NCBI GenBank assembly: GCA_965235115.1
Contig: OZ249451.1
Coordinates: 10,292,001-10,356,000 of the forward strand
Reading direction: 5' to 3'
Length of the DNA stretch: 64,000 nucleotides
From: Laetmonice hystrix
Taxonomy: Eukaryota
Shown: one piece after another, positions 12,565 through 24,592 of the stretch
How the letters are laid out: every line of letters starts with the position of its first letter
Position numbering within the stretch: the stretch's first letter is position 1
Notes under the pieces: generated by a model
The model's input: only the letters and a program-made list of their open reading frames with translations
The model's database searches: none
Told to the model about the DNA's origin: nothing
Made by a program: the position numbers and the translations under genes

Positions 12565-13000
12565 GGGGCCTATAGGTGACTAGGCGGGTCCCCTGTCTAA
12601 CAGACGCGTCCACTATGTTAGGACAGGTGCTGGGTAATTTCATTGTCAGAAAACCGACAAGCAGAAGGAAGTTGCTCAGTCTCCAAGCACTTCCGCGCTT
12701 CCGTTGCGTTGGTCAGCGTCAACGGAGTGAACGATTGCTGCTTGGAGTGTGGGTAGCATGCGTGATCCAGACCGTAAACCGATGACATTATGCCATGTCT
12801 ACACCCAGAAGAGCCGGAACATTTAACACTTGCATTGTAAAAAGATTGACAAAAATATCTGTATTTTGGAAAAATACGGGGGATACGGAACTGCCATCGA
12901 CGTTTGCGTCCATGTTGTCAATGGGCGTGGCCATCTTAGACTCCTTCCAATCACAGCGCTCCTTTCAATTAGACTTCTATACGTAGTCAATAGAGATGGG
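12565..13000. mobile_element. Dispersed non-coding repeat (second copy at ~46840-47460)
   Basis: Shared blocks cagacgc..ctatgttagg..caggtgct, ctccaagcacttccgc, acatttaacacttgcatt and ccaatcacagcgctc...tacgtagtcaata; superfamily not determinable. Confidence 0.65.
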
Positions 13001-14108
13001 AACCAGCCCAGTATAGTCGTCACATACTAAAGGTGACCTTCACTCATATCTAATGTAACACCGATGGCACTAATGGTGACTTGTATACTGATGGCCAGTG
13101 CAGAGGTCAATTCATGGTTTATGATATGCTATAGCAGAAATCATCTCAATTTCATGCATTTAGCTTTTGTTCAGTAGAACCAAAACCATGTACCACATGC
13201 AGGCGAGTCCCACTCTGTCGTATAACTTGAGCACCGAGGCGACTACAAGGTGTTTAATAAAAAAATCTCACTCCCTTATCTACACAAATACTAGTAATAA
13301 CAACACGTTTCTAATAATTATACACGCCCGTGGCCAGGCGGTTGGGCGGTCCGAACCTCCCCCCTAAACCGGCAGATGTACATTTTTTCGTGCAAAAAAG
13401 TATGTACAGCAATTTTATTTTCTTGTAGGTTTTCGGTGAACCGCCGTCAATGGAAGCCCTGGTTGGAAGTCTATTTTCGTCCAAAACGTCCACTCTTTAT
13501 AGAATAATAGTCTACTCCTTCACAAAAGTCTACTTTCCACCCCATGGGCTACTGTATGTCTACTGGCCTGTTACTGGCCTGTTACTGGCCTGTTGTAACA
13601 AGTACATTTGTTAAGCACATTGTCTACAAATATCATTGGAACTGATTGAGTTGTAACAATCTTATACGACACATCATGTTACCCCCAAAAAGTTAACGTT
13701 TTTATTATATTTCTTTACGCTATATTTAAGCCTGCTGTATCTTATCAGTATCTTAAACGGTATCAGCAATGGTAATTCCATGAAAAAAAACCGCCACTTA
13801 ACATCTATACTAAAAGTCTCCAAATATATGAGCCGTCATTCTGGTAAGGTGAAACCAATTTATTCGCACGCTCACAAAATGAGAATTCAACTCTTCACTG
13901 TGCATGAGTTATTGGTGATTTATGATATAGCCTGTCGGCTAACTAACGGCTCGTCGTCCCTCGCCTCTGAAGCAGACATTGTACATAACCCTATAGGATA
14001 CTCATAGTATTCATAGTATTACACCCGACTCTGATTTCTTAATCACTATTCACGACCCTAAGGAATACGCCTCAGAAGATTACGCAGACTAGAATGAAGA
14101 TCTCTGTA

Positions 14109-14451
14109 CTGTGGCCAAAAAGTACAAACATTCTCAGCTGGGAGATTTCGATCCTCGGGGCACAATTTCATGTGTCGCTACTCGGGTCACAGATTTCGCT
14201 ATTCGGGTCAGATGTTGCTACTTAGCTCGCCAATTTCGCTACTCCGGTCAAATGTTGCTACCCGGATCGTCGATTTCGATCCGCGGCTCGCAGATTTCGG
14301 TACTCTGGTCCAATGTCCAGAGTATCGAAATCTGCGAGCCGAGGATCGATATCGACGAACCGAGTATAGCAACATCTGACCGGAGTAGCGACATTTGTGA
14401 CCCGAGGATCGAAATCCCCCAGCCGAGAATGTTTGTACTTTTCGGCCACAG
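14109..14451. mobile_element. MITE with ~50-bp TIRs and TA target duplication (Tc1/mariner-like)
   Basis: TA|ctgtggccaaaaagtacaaacattctcagctgggagatttcgatcctcggg ... cccgaggatcgaaatccccagccgagaatgtttgtacttttcggccacag|TA; explains the spurious ORFs here. Confidence 0.85.
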
Positions 14452-14651
14452 TATTTCTGGCAGAAAGCGTTGTTCGCGCCCCGAGGATTCATTGAGGCGG
14501 GCATGCAAGCTTCGAGTGCGCGACCTCTATCGGCAAGGAAGGGAACCTGCGGGCCAAGTGATAAATATTCAGTACGTCGAGTGGTATATAAGTTGTGTGT
14601 CATAAAAGGGCGCCGGGCATTCAGACAGATAGAAGTCGTAGAATTGACAGC

Positions 14652-15796
14652 ATGGCTAACCACACCCAACTACTGACTCTCTTGGTGGTCATCACCATGA
14701 TGACTTTGGCATCGGCAGGATGGGGAGGTTACTTCGGTTCGCATCGCTACCATAATGACGGTAAGGGAGCCCGGTCCACGTTTGATCACTTCTTAATCAG
14801 TTTTACAGCGAAGATGAGTGGAGAGAAGCTTCATGAGACTTATAAATTCAAGTAATTTACTTACAATCCAGTAAATATTATGAAAAAAGACTTTTCATTC
14901 CGTATTCAGTAAGCAAACGTAAACATTTTCAGTATACAAAAGGAAATTTAACGGATTGTGGCAAGTTGACTTATTGAACATAAGTGAACAGATAAAACTC
15001 GGTGTCAGTTATTAAATATGACATAACATTTTTCATTTGTTTGGTATTTAGTCTGCGACCCTAATCCGTGTAAAAATGGCGGTACGTGCTGGGACTACTA
15101 CGGCTACCCAAGCTGTAAATGCGTTGCTGGATTCGCTGGAATATTCTGCGAGAACGGCAAGTTTTAATTCTTTACACGCCCCCTTAGGGAGGATTCACCT
15201 TTCACGTGTTAGCATTCACGATTCAAAATTAAAAAAAGAAAGAATATGCTTGTTAGGTCTACTTGACTCATGATATGAAGGTCAAACGTGTCACGTGAAC
15301 GCCTATAACAGCCTGCACTTGCGGAACTTGAATCATGACATGTGAAAAGTGTTTCTATGGAAACCCAGCCTTAATAAAGACTCGGTCCTCAGTTTTACAT
15401 CCTCTCTCTTAATTTCAATGTATTCCCGACTTACAGAACTCGTTATAATAGATTATAACGTTTCTGGAACGTTTTAGAACTGTTCTTTGCTGGCTGGGCG
15501 AGGCGCATAGTCCTGAAATTTGCCTAAAACAGAGAGAAAAAAGGATACTTGGATGTTTCACTTGAAACTCTGTCGATGAGTCTTAAGCTCGCCTGCTCGT
15601 TGGGTGTCAAATATTTTCCTTGAAATCCTGTAACCATTTATGGATAATTCTAACAATAATTGTGTTATTTTTCTGATAATATAAGGAATTGTTTTGGGCG
15701 GGTGATTTCACAGATGGCAACCAGTGTAGCGGTACCAACCCATGCACGGGCAATTTCGAGTGCGTTAACACGAGCCCAGGATACTGCTGCAAATGA
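14652..15796 (+). CDS. Small secreted EGF-like domain protein; second EGF truncated by TGA (possible pseudogene or allele)
   Basis: Exons 14652-14760 (signal peptide MANHTQLLTLLVVITMMTLASA), 15052-15156 (VCDPNPCKNGGTCWDYYGYPSCKCVAGFAGIFCEN, GC donor) and 15714-15796 (DGNQCSGTNPCTGNFECVNTSPGYCCK*); phase-1 symmetric EGF exons. Confidence 0.8.
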
Positions 15797-16266
15797 GGTC
15801 GTCCCCGGAATATATCTGTAACCATGATGGCACTGGGATCATGCGGAACTAATGTACACAAAGTTTATCTTATCTCGCCTCCAATGCATGTCTGGGATGA
15901 CGGAGATTGGTACGTTCACTCCAACTTAAGCCCGAGTAGTAGACAGCTGGCCGGGCTGACTCGGACACTGTCGGAACCACCACAGTGGCTACGCTGTCCA
16001 CCACTGTAAGGTAGCATGTGGGTCGGGGGTCATGAATATCTGCCAGCTTAAGTTGGAGTGAACGTACTTGGGGGGCGGGGGTGTACAACCGTAACATAAA
16101 AAAGTTTTAAAATAATTATTAGCACTCAGTATTTCACATGTTGCTTTGTGCAGAAGCCACATATTTCAATAGTTCTTTTTATTATGTTATCATCAACCTT
16201 TCCCTTTGAACGACTTAAATAAAATGTATTTTTGTATAATTTGGATTTGTGCTTATAAACGCACGC

Positions 16267-16358
16267 GCTCTCTCTGTCTCTCTCTCTCTGTCTCTCTTTT
16301 TCTCTCTGTCTCTCTCTCTCTGTCTGTCTCTGTCTCTCTGTCTCTCTATCTCTCTCTC
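16267..16358. repeat. (CT)n/(CTGT)n microsatellite
   Basis: Long ctctctctgtct tract. Confidence 0.9.
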
Positions 16359-16854
16359 ACCCACCCACACATACGAATGTACAAACGATTGCTAATAATA
16401 ACGTTTACTTCAGTTATATAATAGAGTTCGTCAGGCGAGAGTTGGTATCACTCCAAGTACTGGCGGCGAATCACGCGTCGCAGACAGCTGTGTATCACTG
16501 CGCCGATCGCCACGCACGCCGCCACTCTGGGAAAAACCAACTCCCAGCCACCCTGATACTCGCATCTTTTCACTACGTTGTTGTTTCATGAATAAAATTC
16601 TTTAAGCGACCTTCAAATACACATTTTATTTAACACAGCTCATTTAGACTCTACAACTTTTACCTATTCAGAGTGCCAGATGTGTGGGGAATCTGTTGTT
16701 TTTTGACGGTCTTTGATAGTTAATAAATTGGTCCACGCTTTCGAACTGAACAGCCGCCCCTAGCCAGTTCGTTAACTGGAAACCGATGATGACGGGAGAG
16801 TTTTATTATATGGTGTATTAAACCTAAAGAAATCCACGACTATCTCTTATTTCA

Positions 16855-17170
16855 ATGACTCCAAAATGAAGACATGGGATGTTATTACTAGATAAGGCCT
16901 TAGACTACATAGATCAATAAATGTATAATCTAATGAAATTCAACATTCCAGTTAACCTGGCATTGACTTGAACAGCCAATGAGGCTGTTCAAGTCAATGC
17001 TTGGTGAACGAATTTGTCAACAATCAGCCATAAGACCATCGCTTAATAGCGACAACAGGTAACTGGAATATTGAATTTCATTAGATTTCTCCATTTCTGT
17101 GGGTATACATGTATTGATTTATGTAGTCTAAGGCCTAACCTAACATCCCATGTCTTCATTTTGAGATCAT
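16855..17170. mobile_element. Foldback/MITE with long inverted arms just downstream of the NLR stop codon
   Basis: caaaatgaagacatgggatgtta...aggccttagactacata...tcaata pairs with tattga...tatgtagtctaaggcct...taacatcccatgtcttcattttg; the core is related to 28250-28470. Confidence 0.7.
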
Positions 17171-17231
17171 TGGAGTAAGACATAATCGTGATTTGAATTA
17201 AGAAACGCAGATAAAGATGAGAAGGGCTACT

Positions 17232-20200
17232 TTAAGTTGATTTAAAATTGAAGGTCAATATATGATCGGACTCATGGGCAGTCATATTAACACACCCTCC
17301 ATGTTTCTTGATCGTATCCACAATGTTTTGAACAGAGACACTGGAAGACATCATTTCAAAGTTCTTCCACTCATGGTTAGTCCATGCTAATACTGGTACG
17401 ATATCATTGAGGAACGTCGACAAACTATCGTCAAACGTGACGTACGGTAGACGTATCGTCTTACCAACGGTACCTGCACTGCCAGAGATGTGACTGGAAA
17501 TCATTTTCCAGGTGTTTGGACAAACACGCAAGTTTGTCCAGTCGTACAGAAGCATAAGTTCTGATTGTTCAGTCATATAACGGATGTTTCTTTTCGCAAT
17601 TAGCCTACAGTTTTGAAACGTGCACTGAGGCATCTGGAGGACTAGATGGAAGGTTTCCAAATGTTCTATATTAATGATATCAGCATCTTTGAAAACAACA
17701 TATTGACTAATACTATTCTTCAGAAACTCTTCCATGACACATGCCTCGACTATGCAGTAGAAGAATCTAATTCTGATGTTCTTGACGTTTCTCTGCAAAT
17801 CATCGCCTTGCTTTGTAATCGCCTCAAGTGTCTCCTTACAAAGGTCGCCTATCAGGACTTTTAGAATACTTCCAAGGGTAATATCAACTTTATAAACTCG
17901 ACATGACGCTATGTTTGTCAGAACCCTATCGGCGTTTTCACCGTCTACTCTCCACGCGTGAATACAAAGTTCGTTAAGAGTTTTACCTTGCGGTAGTATG
18001 CCAGCGATGGATCGGATCTGTTCACACTCTAGCGTTATTTTCTTTAGACCTTCATCACATAACATGCCTAGTTGTTGTCTTATTGTCCGGACGGTTTGTT
18101 CAGTCGGGCCATTTTCGTCTCCCACTGACGCCATATCAATGACCACCTCGTTTATTGGGTAGCCCTGTTCGCGATGTAACAAAGCCCATGCCAACCCTTC
18201 AGCATTTCGACAGTCAATGCGAAGACTTTCGCTTTCGACATTGGTGGTCACGTACACACACTGCCACCTACCGGCAACAGGTAGAACTTGGTTGACCTTG
18301 GAGAGTTTTTCACGGGTTAATTCTTTCCTGTAGCCAGGGAGAAACTCGTTGAGAATCAACCTTTTTTCAGTTCGTTTCGATTCTTCAGTTGGTAAGGAAA
18401 ATTCACAGTTCAATTTCTGGCACCAAAATAAGCACTTCCCGATGGCCCGCCGCTCTAGGCTCCCCTTTCTACAGTCTTCGCAAACTTTCTCTGTTATTAA
18501 TGTGGCACACAATGTCATGACGTCACCGAGGACATTGACCGATTTATCTGCGGCTTTCAGAGATTGGGTGCCCATGATGAGTTTATCCAGTTCGTCCAAG
18601 TCCCAACAGCTATATTTCTTGAGTTGCGATTGGGCCTGTTTCAATGCCTCAACACAGTGTTCATGAGCCATACTGTCCGACAACGATGGGTTTTCTGTGG
18701 ATAATAACTTGCACACAAACAATGAATTCCGAGATAATTCGGCAAGCAGGCCCGCCAAATACATGCAGACGTTGGTGTAGACATCTTGGCACGACATCAT
18801 TGTAATGAACATGAGCTGGGATTCCTGGTCTAGTTGCTCAACCCCTTTGGCTGCGAGATATTCTTGCATACTCAAGTGTGGGAATGAATAGTAGATCTGC
18901 TCTCCATCTTCGTCTGCTGTCACAGAGTATTCCCTTGTCAGGAAGCCCAGCCGCAGCGACCTGCTATCGTCGTCGATGTCAAACTGAAGGAGGGCCGCGG
19001 GTGAGAACTGAAACTGCCCATGGACCATGCCATGAAGGGCGACGCGATAAAGCTTCTTCATTTCTACCACAATGTCGTCTGGTATCTTACTTTTCTCACA
19101 GTACCGACGCAGAATGCTGCGTTCCATCATGGCGTAAAGTGCGGTCATGGTTACCCGACCGGACGGCAGTTTCCTGTGAGGGTCACTCCACCAAGTACAC
19201 AGCATGAAACACTTCAAGGGCGTTTGCTGTATGTCCGATGAAATATCTTCACTGTCCTGCAGAAATCTCAGTAGGGACTCTCCTTTTTCCTTCTCATCTT
19301 CAAAGAATGATCGAATATATCGTTTTGCCTGTGACAAAGTGAAACCTAGATTCTTCACCTCTTTCTGGAAGTATTCAGAAAACTCATTCGCCATGTTTGA
19401 TCGACACGTGGCCAATATGTACGCCCCAGAGAATTCTGTGCCGGATAACAAGGCATGTAGAATACTTCTAACCTCAGGGTAGCAACCCTCATCTAGGCCG
19501 TCAATGATAAACAAACACTGTGACGGATGTGTCAACATGTATTGAAAGGCGAGTTCCTTTTGTTCAGGGGTACCACATAGAAGACTTTTAACTGCCTGTT
19601 CAAAGCCTTTGCGCATGCTCCTGACATCTATCAAGATGACGAACTCGAACGTGTGGGTGAAGTAGAGTTTATTGGTGGTCGGACATCCCCAGTCGTAGGC
19701 GATCTTCCTACAGAGGAATGTCTTACCGACACCAGGGTCCCCTTCGACCAGCACACGTTGTGGCACGGTACCGCAAGTGTCAGCCGAGAATAGCTGCTCA
19801 AATTCCACGTCACCAACGTAGTTCCTGCAAGAAAAACAACAACATTGTATTCCTTGTATGTACTTAGCATTTGCTAGGTTGATTTCAGACAGACACTACA
19901 ACTTGTGAAAGCTTTTAATCTGAAAGCAAGCCCCATGACACAGATAGGACATGCCGTATTTATGAAAGATACAATTTGTATATATATACCATCTGAATAT
20001 GAGCCTAAATTCAGAATATAACCTAAGAGTTAATGCATGAAGACTTTTCTTGTACGTCATTGTTGTTTTTGTCTATAGTGAGAATAAAGAGAAAGAGAAA
20101 GTTAAACTGACCCTTTAATTCTGGACTTGAGTACTAAACGATTGAAAAGTTTGGCGACATTTAGGTGTGGTGAACGTTCCGCCCATGGATACACCTTGAC

Positions 20201-21617
20201 GACCAGCGCGTTGTTATGGTAACGCTCTTTTAGCGCCGCCTGTGCTTTTAATATATCTGCATCTAAAAAAGAACAATAATTTCTATTGTGACAAATTTTT
20301 AAATTGCGTTGCGTTATAAAAATTATCTTAGTCTATTAGAGCCAAGAATTTGATAGCACCCTTTCTGAACATACCCCTGAACCTACCGTGGTTTTCATGA
20401 GAAACAGACGTCACCATAGCGCCCCCTGTGAGCATACCCCTGAACCTACCGTGGATTTTTTATGAGTGAGCAGACAGATGTCCCTTTAGCGCCCTCTGTG
20501 AGTGTCCACCTGAACCTACCGTGGTTTTCATGAGACAGACGTCACTATAGCGCCCTCTGTGAGTGTCAACCTGAACCTACCGTGAGTGGTCTTCATGAGT
20601 GGAGAGACGTGCGTCTCTTCCAGCGTCTTGCACAAGTGGGGGTAAGTATCAGAGAGAGCGTCCAGAAACGTCCGGTAGGCGTCAGGACCGCGCCGAACGA
20701 TAATCTGCAGTAGCCTGAACGTAATAAACGACACGGACAAGGTTAGAAGAAGTGAAACCGTTGAGCATATGGAGGATAGCCTAAGTCCTAGGCCTACTGA
20801 TTTAATCTGATGCTGATTCGAGCCCCCACCACAGATGTTTTGATAAGACTACAGTCTACATTTCCACATAGGCCTATCATACTCGTATATATTTCACATT
20901 GTCGCAAGGAATATCGCGATAAATTCATAAATGAGATCAGGGAGGCGTTTCACAACCATCGTTATTCTGTCGTGTGTTAAAATCCCCATTGAAAATACAT
21001 TGGTGTTAACGATACGATAAGCTAACGACAGGCTGTGAAACAGTTATCTAATAGAGGCCAGCTCCTGCATGGTTTCGCGAGTCAGTCATAGCGTCTAAAA
21101 CATCCGAACCTCACTTTGCCAACGTATAGGCCTACGTGGGTGAGTTGCAAAGGAAAATTAAAGGGGTTATTATAATAATAAATAATAATAATAGTTATAT
21201 ATCGTAAAATCCACCGAAGTGTTCTAAAATGCTGTAACAAAACAATAAAAATCCAATACTGAAATAAATACTAAATAATTACACATCACAGATTATCACA
21301 GCTACCATATGTCTTAGTAATAATTTAAACGGCTTTCAGTCAGAGTATTGCACAAACAGATAGGTCTTTAAATTCTTTTTAAAAGTGGCTAAAGTATGAC
21401 TTTGCCGTAGCTCTAGTAGGAGTGATTTATGAGTGATTATATGTGCCGACCTTCTGACACACTCCTTTCGGGTGACATTTCCTGCGTATATCTGGTCTCT
21501 ATCGTCCAATGTCAACACTCCCTCCTGAATCAACAAATCTTGAACATCATCAACGCTCAGATCTTCCACCAGATGGCTCCACCCTCGCTGTAACTTGATC
21601 CGTTCAGCCGGTTCCAT
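17232..21617 (-). CDS. NOD-like receptor: N-terminal CARD, NACHT NTPase, winged helix, divergent C-terminal region (~1014 aa)
   Basis: Exons 21617-21451, 20714-20581, 20262-20112 and 19824-17232, phases 2/1/2 consistent. CARD-like MEPAERIKLQRGWSHLVEDLSVDDVQDLLIQEGVLT...RLLQIIVRRGPDAYRTFLDAL; Walker A GDPGVGKT; Walker B LFIIDGLDE; FPHLSMQEYLAA motif. Confidence 0.92.
20375..20590. repeat. ~60-67-bp tandem repeat x4 that copies the NLR exon-2 end and donor site
   Basis: ctgaacctaccgtg (CACG|GTAGGTTCAG on minus) occurs four times. Confidence 0.8.
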
Positions 21618-24592
21618 CCCTGTAACGTATCACTGTCACTTGTAGGCTAACTTATCCGTGATGTAGAGAAAATTACGCCTGCCAACTTATACTTAATCAT
21701 TGTCTTGTTCAGATTGATATAACTATTTAAAAATCTAGAAATACCAGAAATACCTTTCAATATCATAAGCATAGGAGAATAGGACACATTCCCTAAGCTG
21801 TCAAAATATATCTTACCGTCCTGTGTCGACCAGCCTCCCAGGGCGAATAGCGAGAGTCTTAGTGTTATATCTTGACTGATCTAGTTGGTGGTAAAGGTTC
21901 TCCTAGCATCTTCCTGATTTGGTTCACCAAACTATACGTGTTCAGTGCAGTGACGATCCAGTGCCGGAGTATTTATAAGTAACAACGGCCGGTAAATCTA
22001 GGCCACCGGAGGCCGGCAGTTCGACTGGTTTTCAGTGGTACTCAAGCGCCAAGCACTCGTCCCATCACCGTCCTTGGAAGTTATACTCCGTGACTGTCGT
22101 CACAGCACGGAATCATGGCCAATGGTCGCCAGTGTTATCGCAGACACAAGCCTAGTACTCGCCTAGTACAGCCTATACCAGTATAGCCTAGTGTATATAA
22201 CAAGTCCTTGTTCTGCTGCCAAACGTAACTGCCGTGAGGTCAACCCGTGAGGAATTCTTGATATATTGATACCAGTGGCTAGTCTCGCAATGTCAAGGGG
22301 AACGAGAAATGGAGCAAGACCTAGATATAGTGCCCAAAGTGAGGCTTTATAGGAAGTTGCGATGTTCAAGTCAAACGGAAACGAGATGATATCAAAATCC
22401 GGCGGATCCAGGGGGCTTTAAGGGGGCCTCAGCCCTAAAAAAAATACCGGAATTTCCTTTTCCTAAACGCGAGTTCCTTACTCCGTCCAATATTGAGCCT
22501 CAAACTCAAAGTCATACCCGGATTGACAGCCATGTACCGACACAGAATGCCCCAGAGCCACCTCCCCTGCAAAAAGTGCCTACACATTTATTTCAGCCAA
22601 GCTACGCCCCTGACTGGCGGATCCAGGGGGCTCCAGCCCCCCCCCCCCCCCCAAAAAAAAAAATTCTGGACGATGACATATTTATCTAAAAATACATCAT
22701 CCTTTTCGTTAAAGTGCATTATGTTATGGATCAATTTTATTAAGCCTGCATGCAATGTAAAGGCCGATATTGCATCACCATGCATGTTAGACCGCTCTAG
22801 GCCTATTTATGCAGGTTATATGCCGGTGACGTATTTTCGAGGGAGAACAAACCGAGGTACATTTCTAAAAAGCCCTGGACAATAGAAGCCAATGAACCGT
22901 GACCCGACTCCGCCAATGCTCATATACATAAACATAAACATAACCATGCTGTTTCCCTCCAAATGACGTCACTGCATAACTTCAATAGAGCTTACATCAC
23001 CTCTGGTACATTGTGACGATTTGGGGCTAGCCATGGAAGAGGAATTCTTGAACTCGTTTAAATCAGTAAGTCAAAGGTGAAATTTATAGCAACAGATCGA
23101 GCTCTATAAATGGAAGCAATTTGGAAAGATGTTAATTTTTCTACCCCCTACCCCCGACGTACACATGTGCCAGAGGGTGTCTACAGGGCATTATGATATT
23201 TTAACAGCTGGGACATTATATTTACACCATATGAAGGTGGGTCCATGCATGCTGAAATAGTGGAAGAGGGGAGGGGGTCGAGTGAGCCGGCGCCCCAAGG
23301 GCCTGATTGCCTTCTGCAACCCCGCCCCCTCGAGAATCCCTTTCTGAGTCTGACTGACAATAACGTACCGTTCTGCATCGGCCTGTAGTGTCAATTAAGT
23401 ATTTGTCCACTGCCAACGTTGGATACATAGTCGCTATCCCTGACCTTTCCAGTAAACAGAGCGTGAAAGTGTAACTTCTAGAGATGGCATGGACAACCAG
23501 GAGCATTGGGCCTACATACCTATGTAGCCATGTACATGTACTTCGTACACACAGGGACCCGGACCTTGGACCAGGTAAGTAGGACTCCTTACACCTTCCG
23601 GGTTCATACTACACTGGGAGTGGTTGCGTGCAACACATAATATTCAATAGGTGGAGTTATCAATGTTCACATGCACATATAGTCGCCAACTTTTGGTTAT
23701 ATAGACAAAGAAAGCCAATTAACACATAAAGACAGTTGTATAGGGGCTGCAGGGGTTCCCTATATAATTGCAATGGCTTCCCCTCGACAGAGCACAAAAC
23801 ATATGGTAAAGCATGGTCCTCAGTTGTTATTTAAGCCCACACTGTGCATACAGAACCGCAATGACGATATCTGAACAACAAAAACAAAACACCATGTCAT
23901 AAAACAGAGCGGCTGCGGTCTTTACTGTAGTTTGCGGTTTCCTGTCAGCAACCTAAACCGGACACCTAACTCCCAGTATAGGACACCTAACTCCCAGTAT
24001 AGGACCAACTCGGCCAATCAGCGACATCCCCACAAATCATGCAGAGTTAACCTACTTTACCAAGGCTGACCGAATGTAGACTATATGCAAAGGGATCACG
24101 ACCGACTGAATATCCAATAAGAGTTACCTGGGCTCGGACATAACTGTGACTATATAGGCATGGTCTACCAGAGCGGCTCAAGTCGGTGCCTGGCCCTGTC
24201 CGTAGGCCTACACAGTCTAAGTGACTTATTCTGTCTACGGTAACACCGGGTAACGTTTGAGCGTAAAGTATAAGGGGGGGGGGGGGGAGTTAAAATTGAC
24301 CCCCTTTCTGAAATGCTGGATCCTCTCCTGATGATTGCTCTATTGGAGTAATGACAGAGCATTGCTCCAACCAAAGATCTATGAGGTCTTTGCTCCAATA
24401 GAGCATCAGTATGAGCGATAATAGGGGGCACCAGAGCATACCATTTTCATGACATCTGGCGCCTCGTTTCCCGAGACTTGCACGCCTGTCATACCTGTGA
24501 GAGCACAATACATAAGTATCAGCTTTCCTATACTGCATCAATTTTTCAAATCTGAGCAGCAGTAATGATGGGTTTGCTGGGTCTGCAGGATC

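Noticed and set aside
14111-14669. Overlapping 150-165-aa ORFs on both strands
   Set aside because: They coincide with a MITE made of internal subrepeats.
15794-15796. Selenocysteine codon in the EGF gene
   Set aside because: No SECIS was identified, and in-frame readthrough does not restore Cys6; a 1-bp deletion explains it better.
18349-19482. Plus-strand ORFs inside the NLR exon
   Set aside because: Antisense shadows of the NLR CDS with no recognisable motifs.
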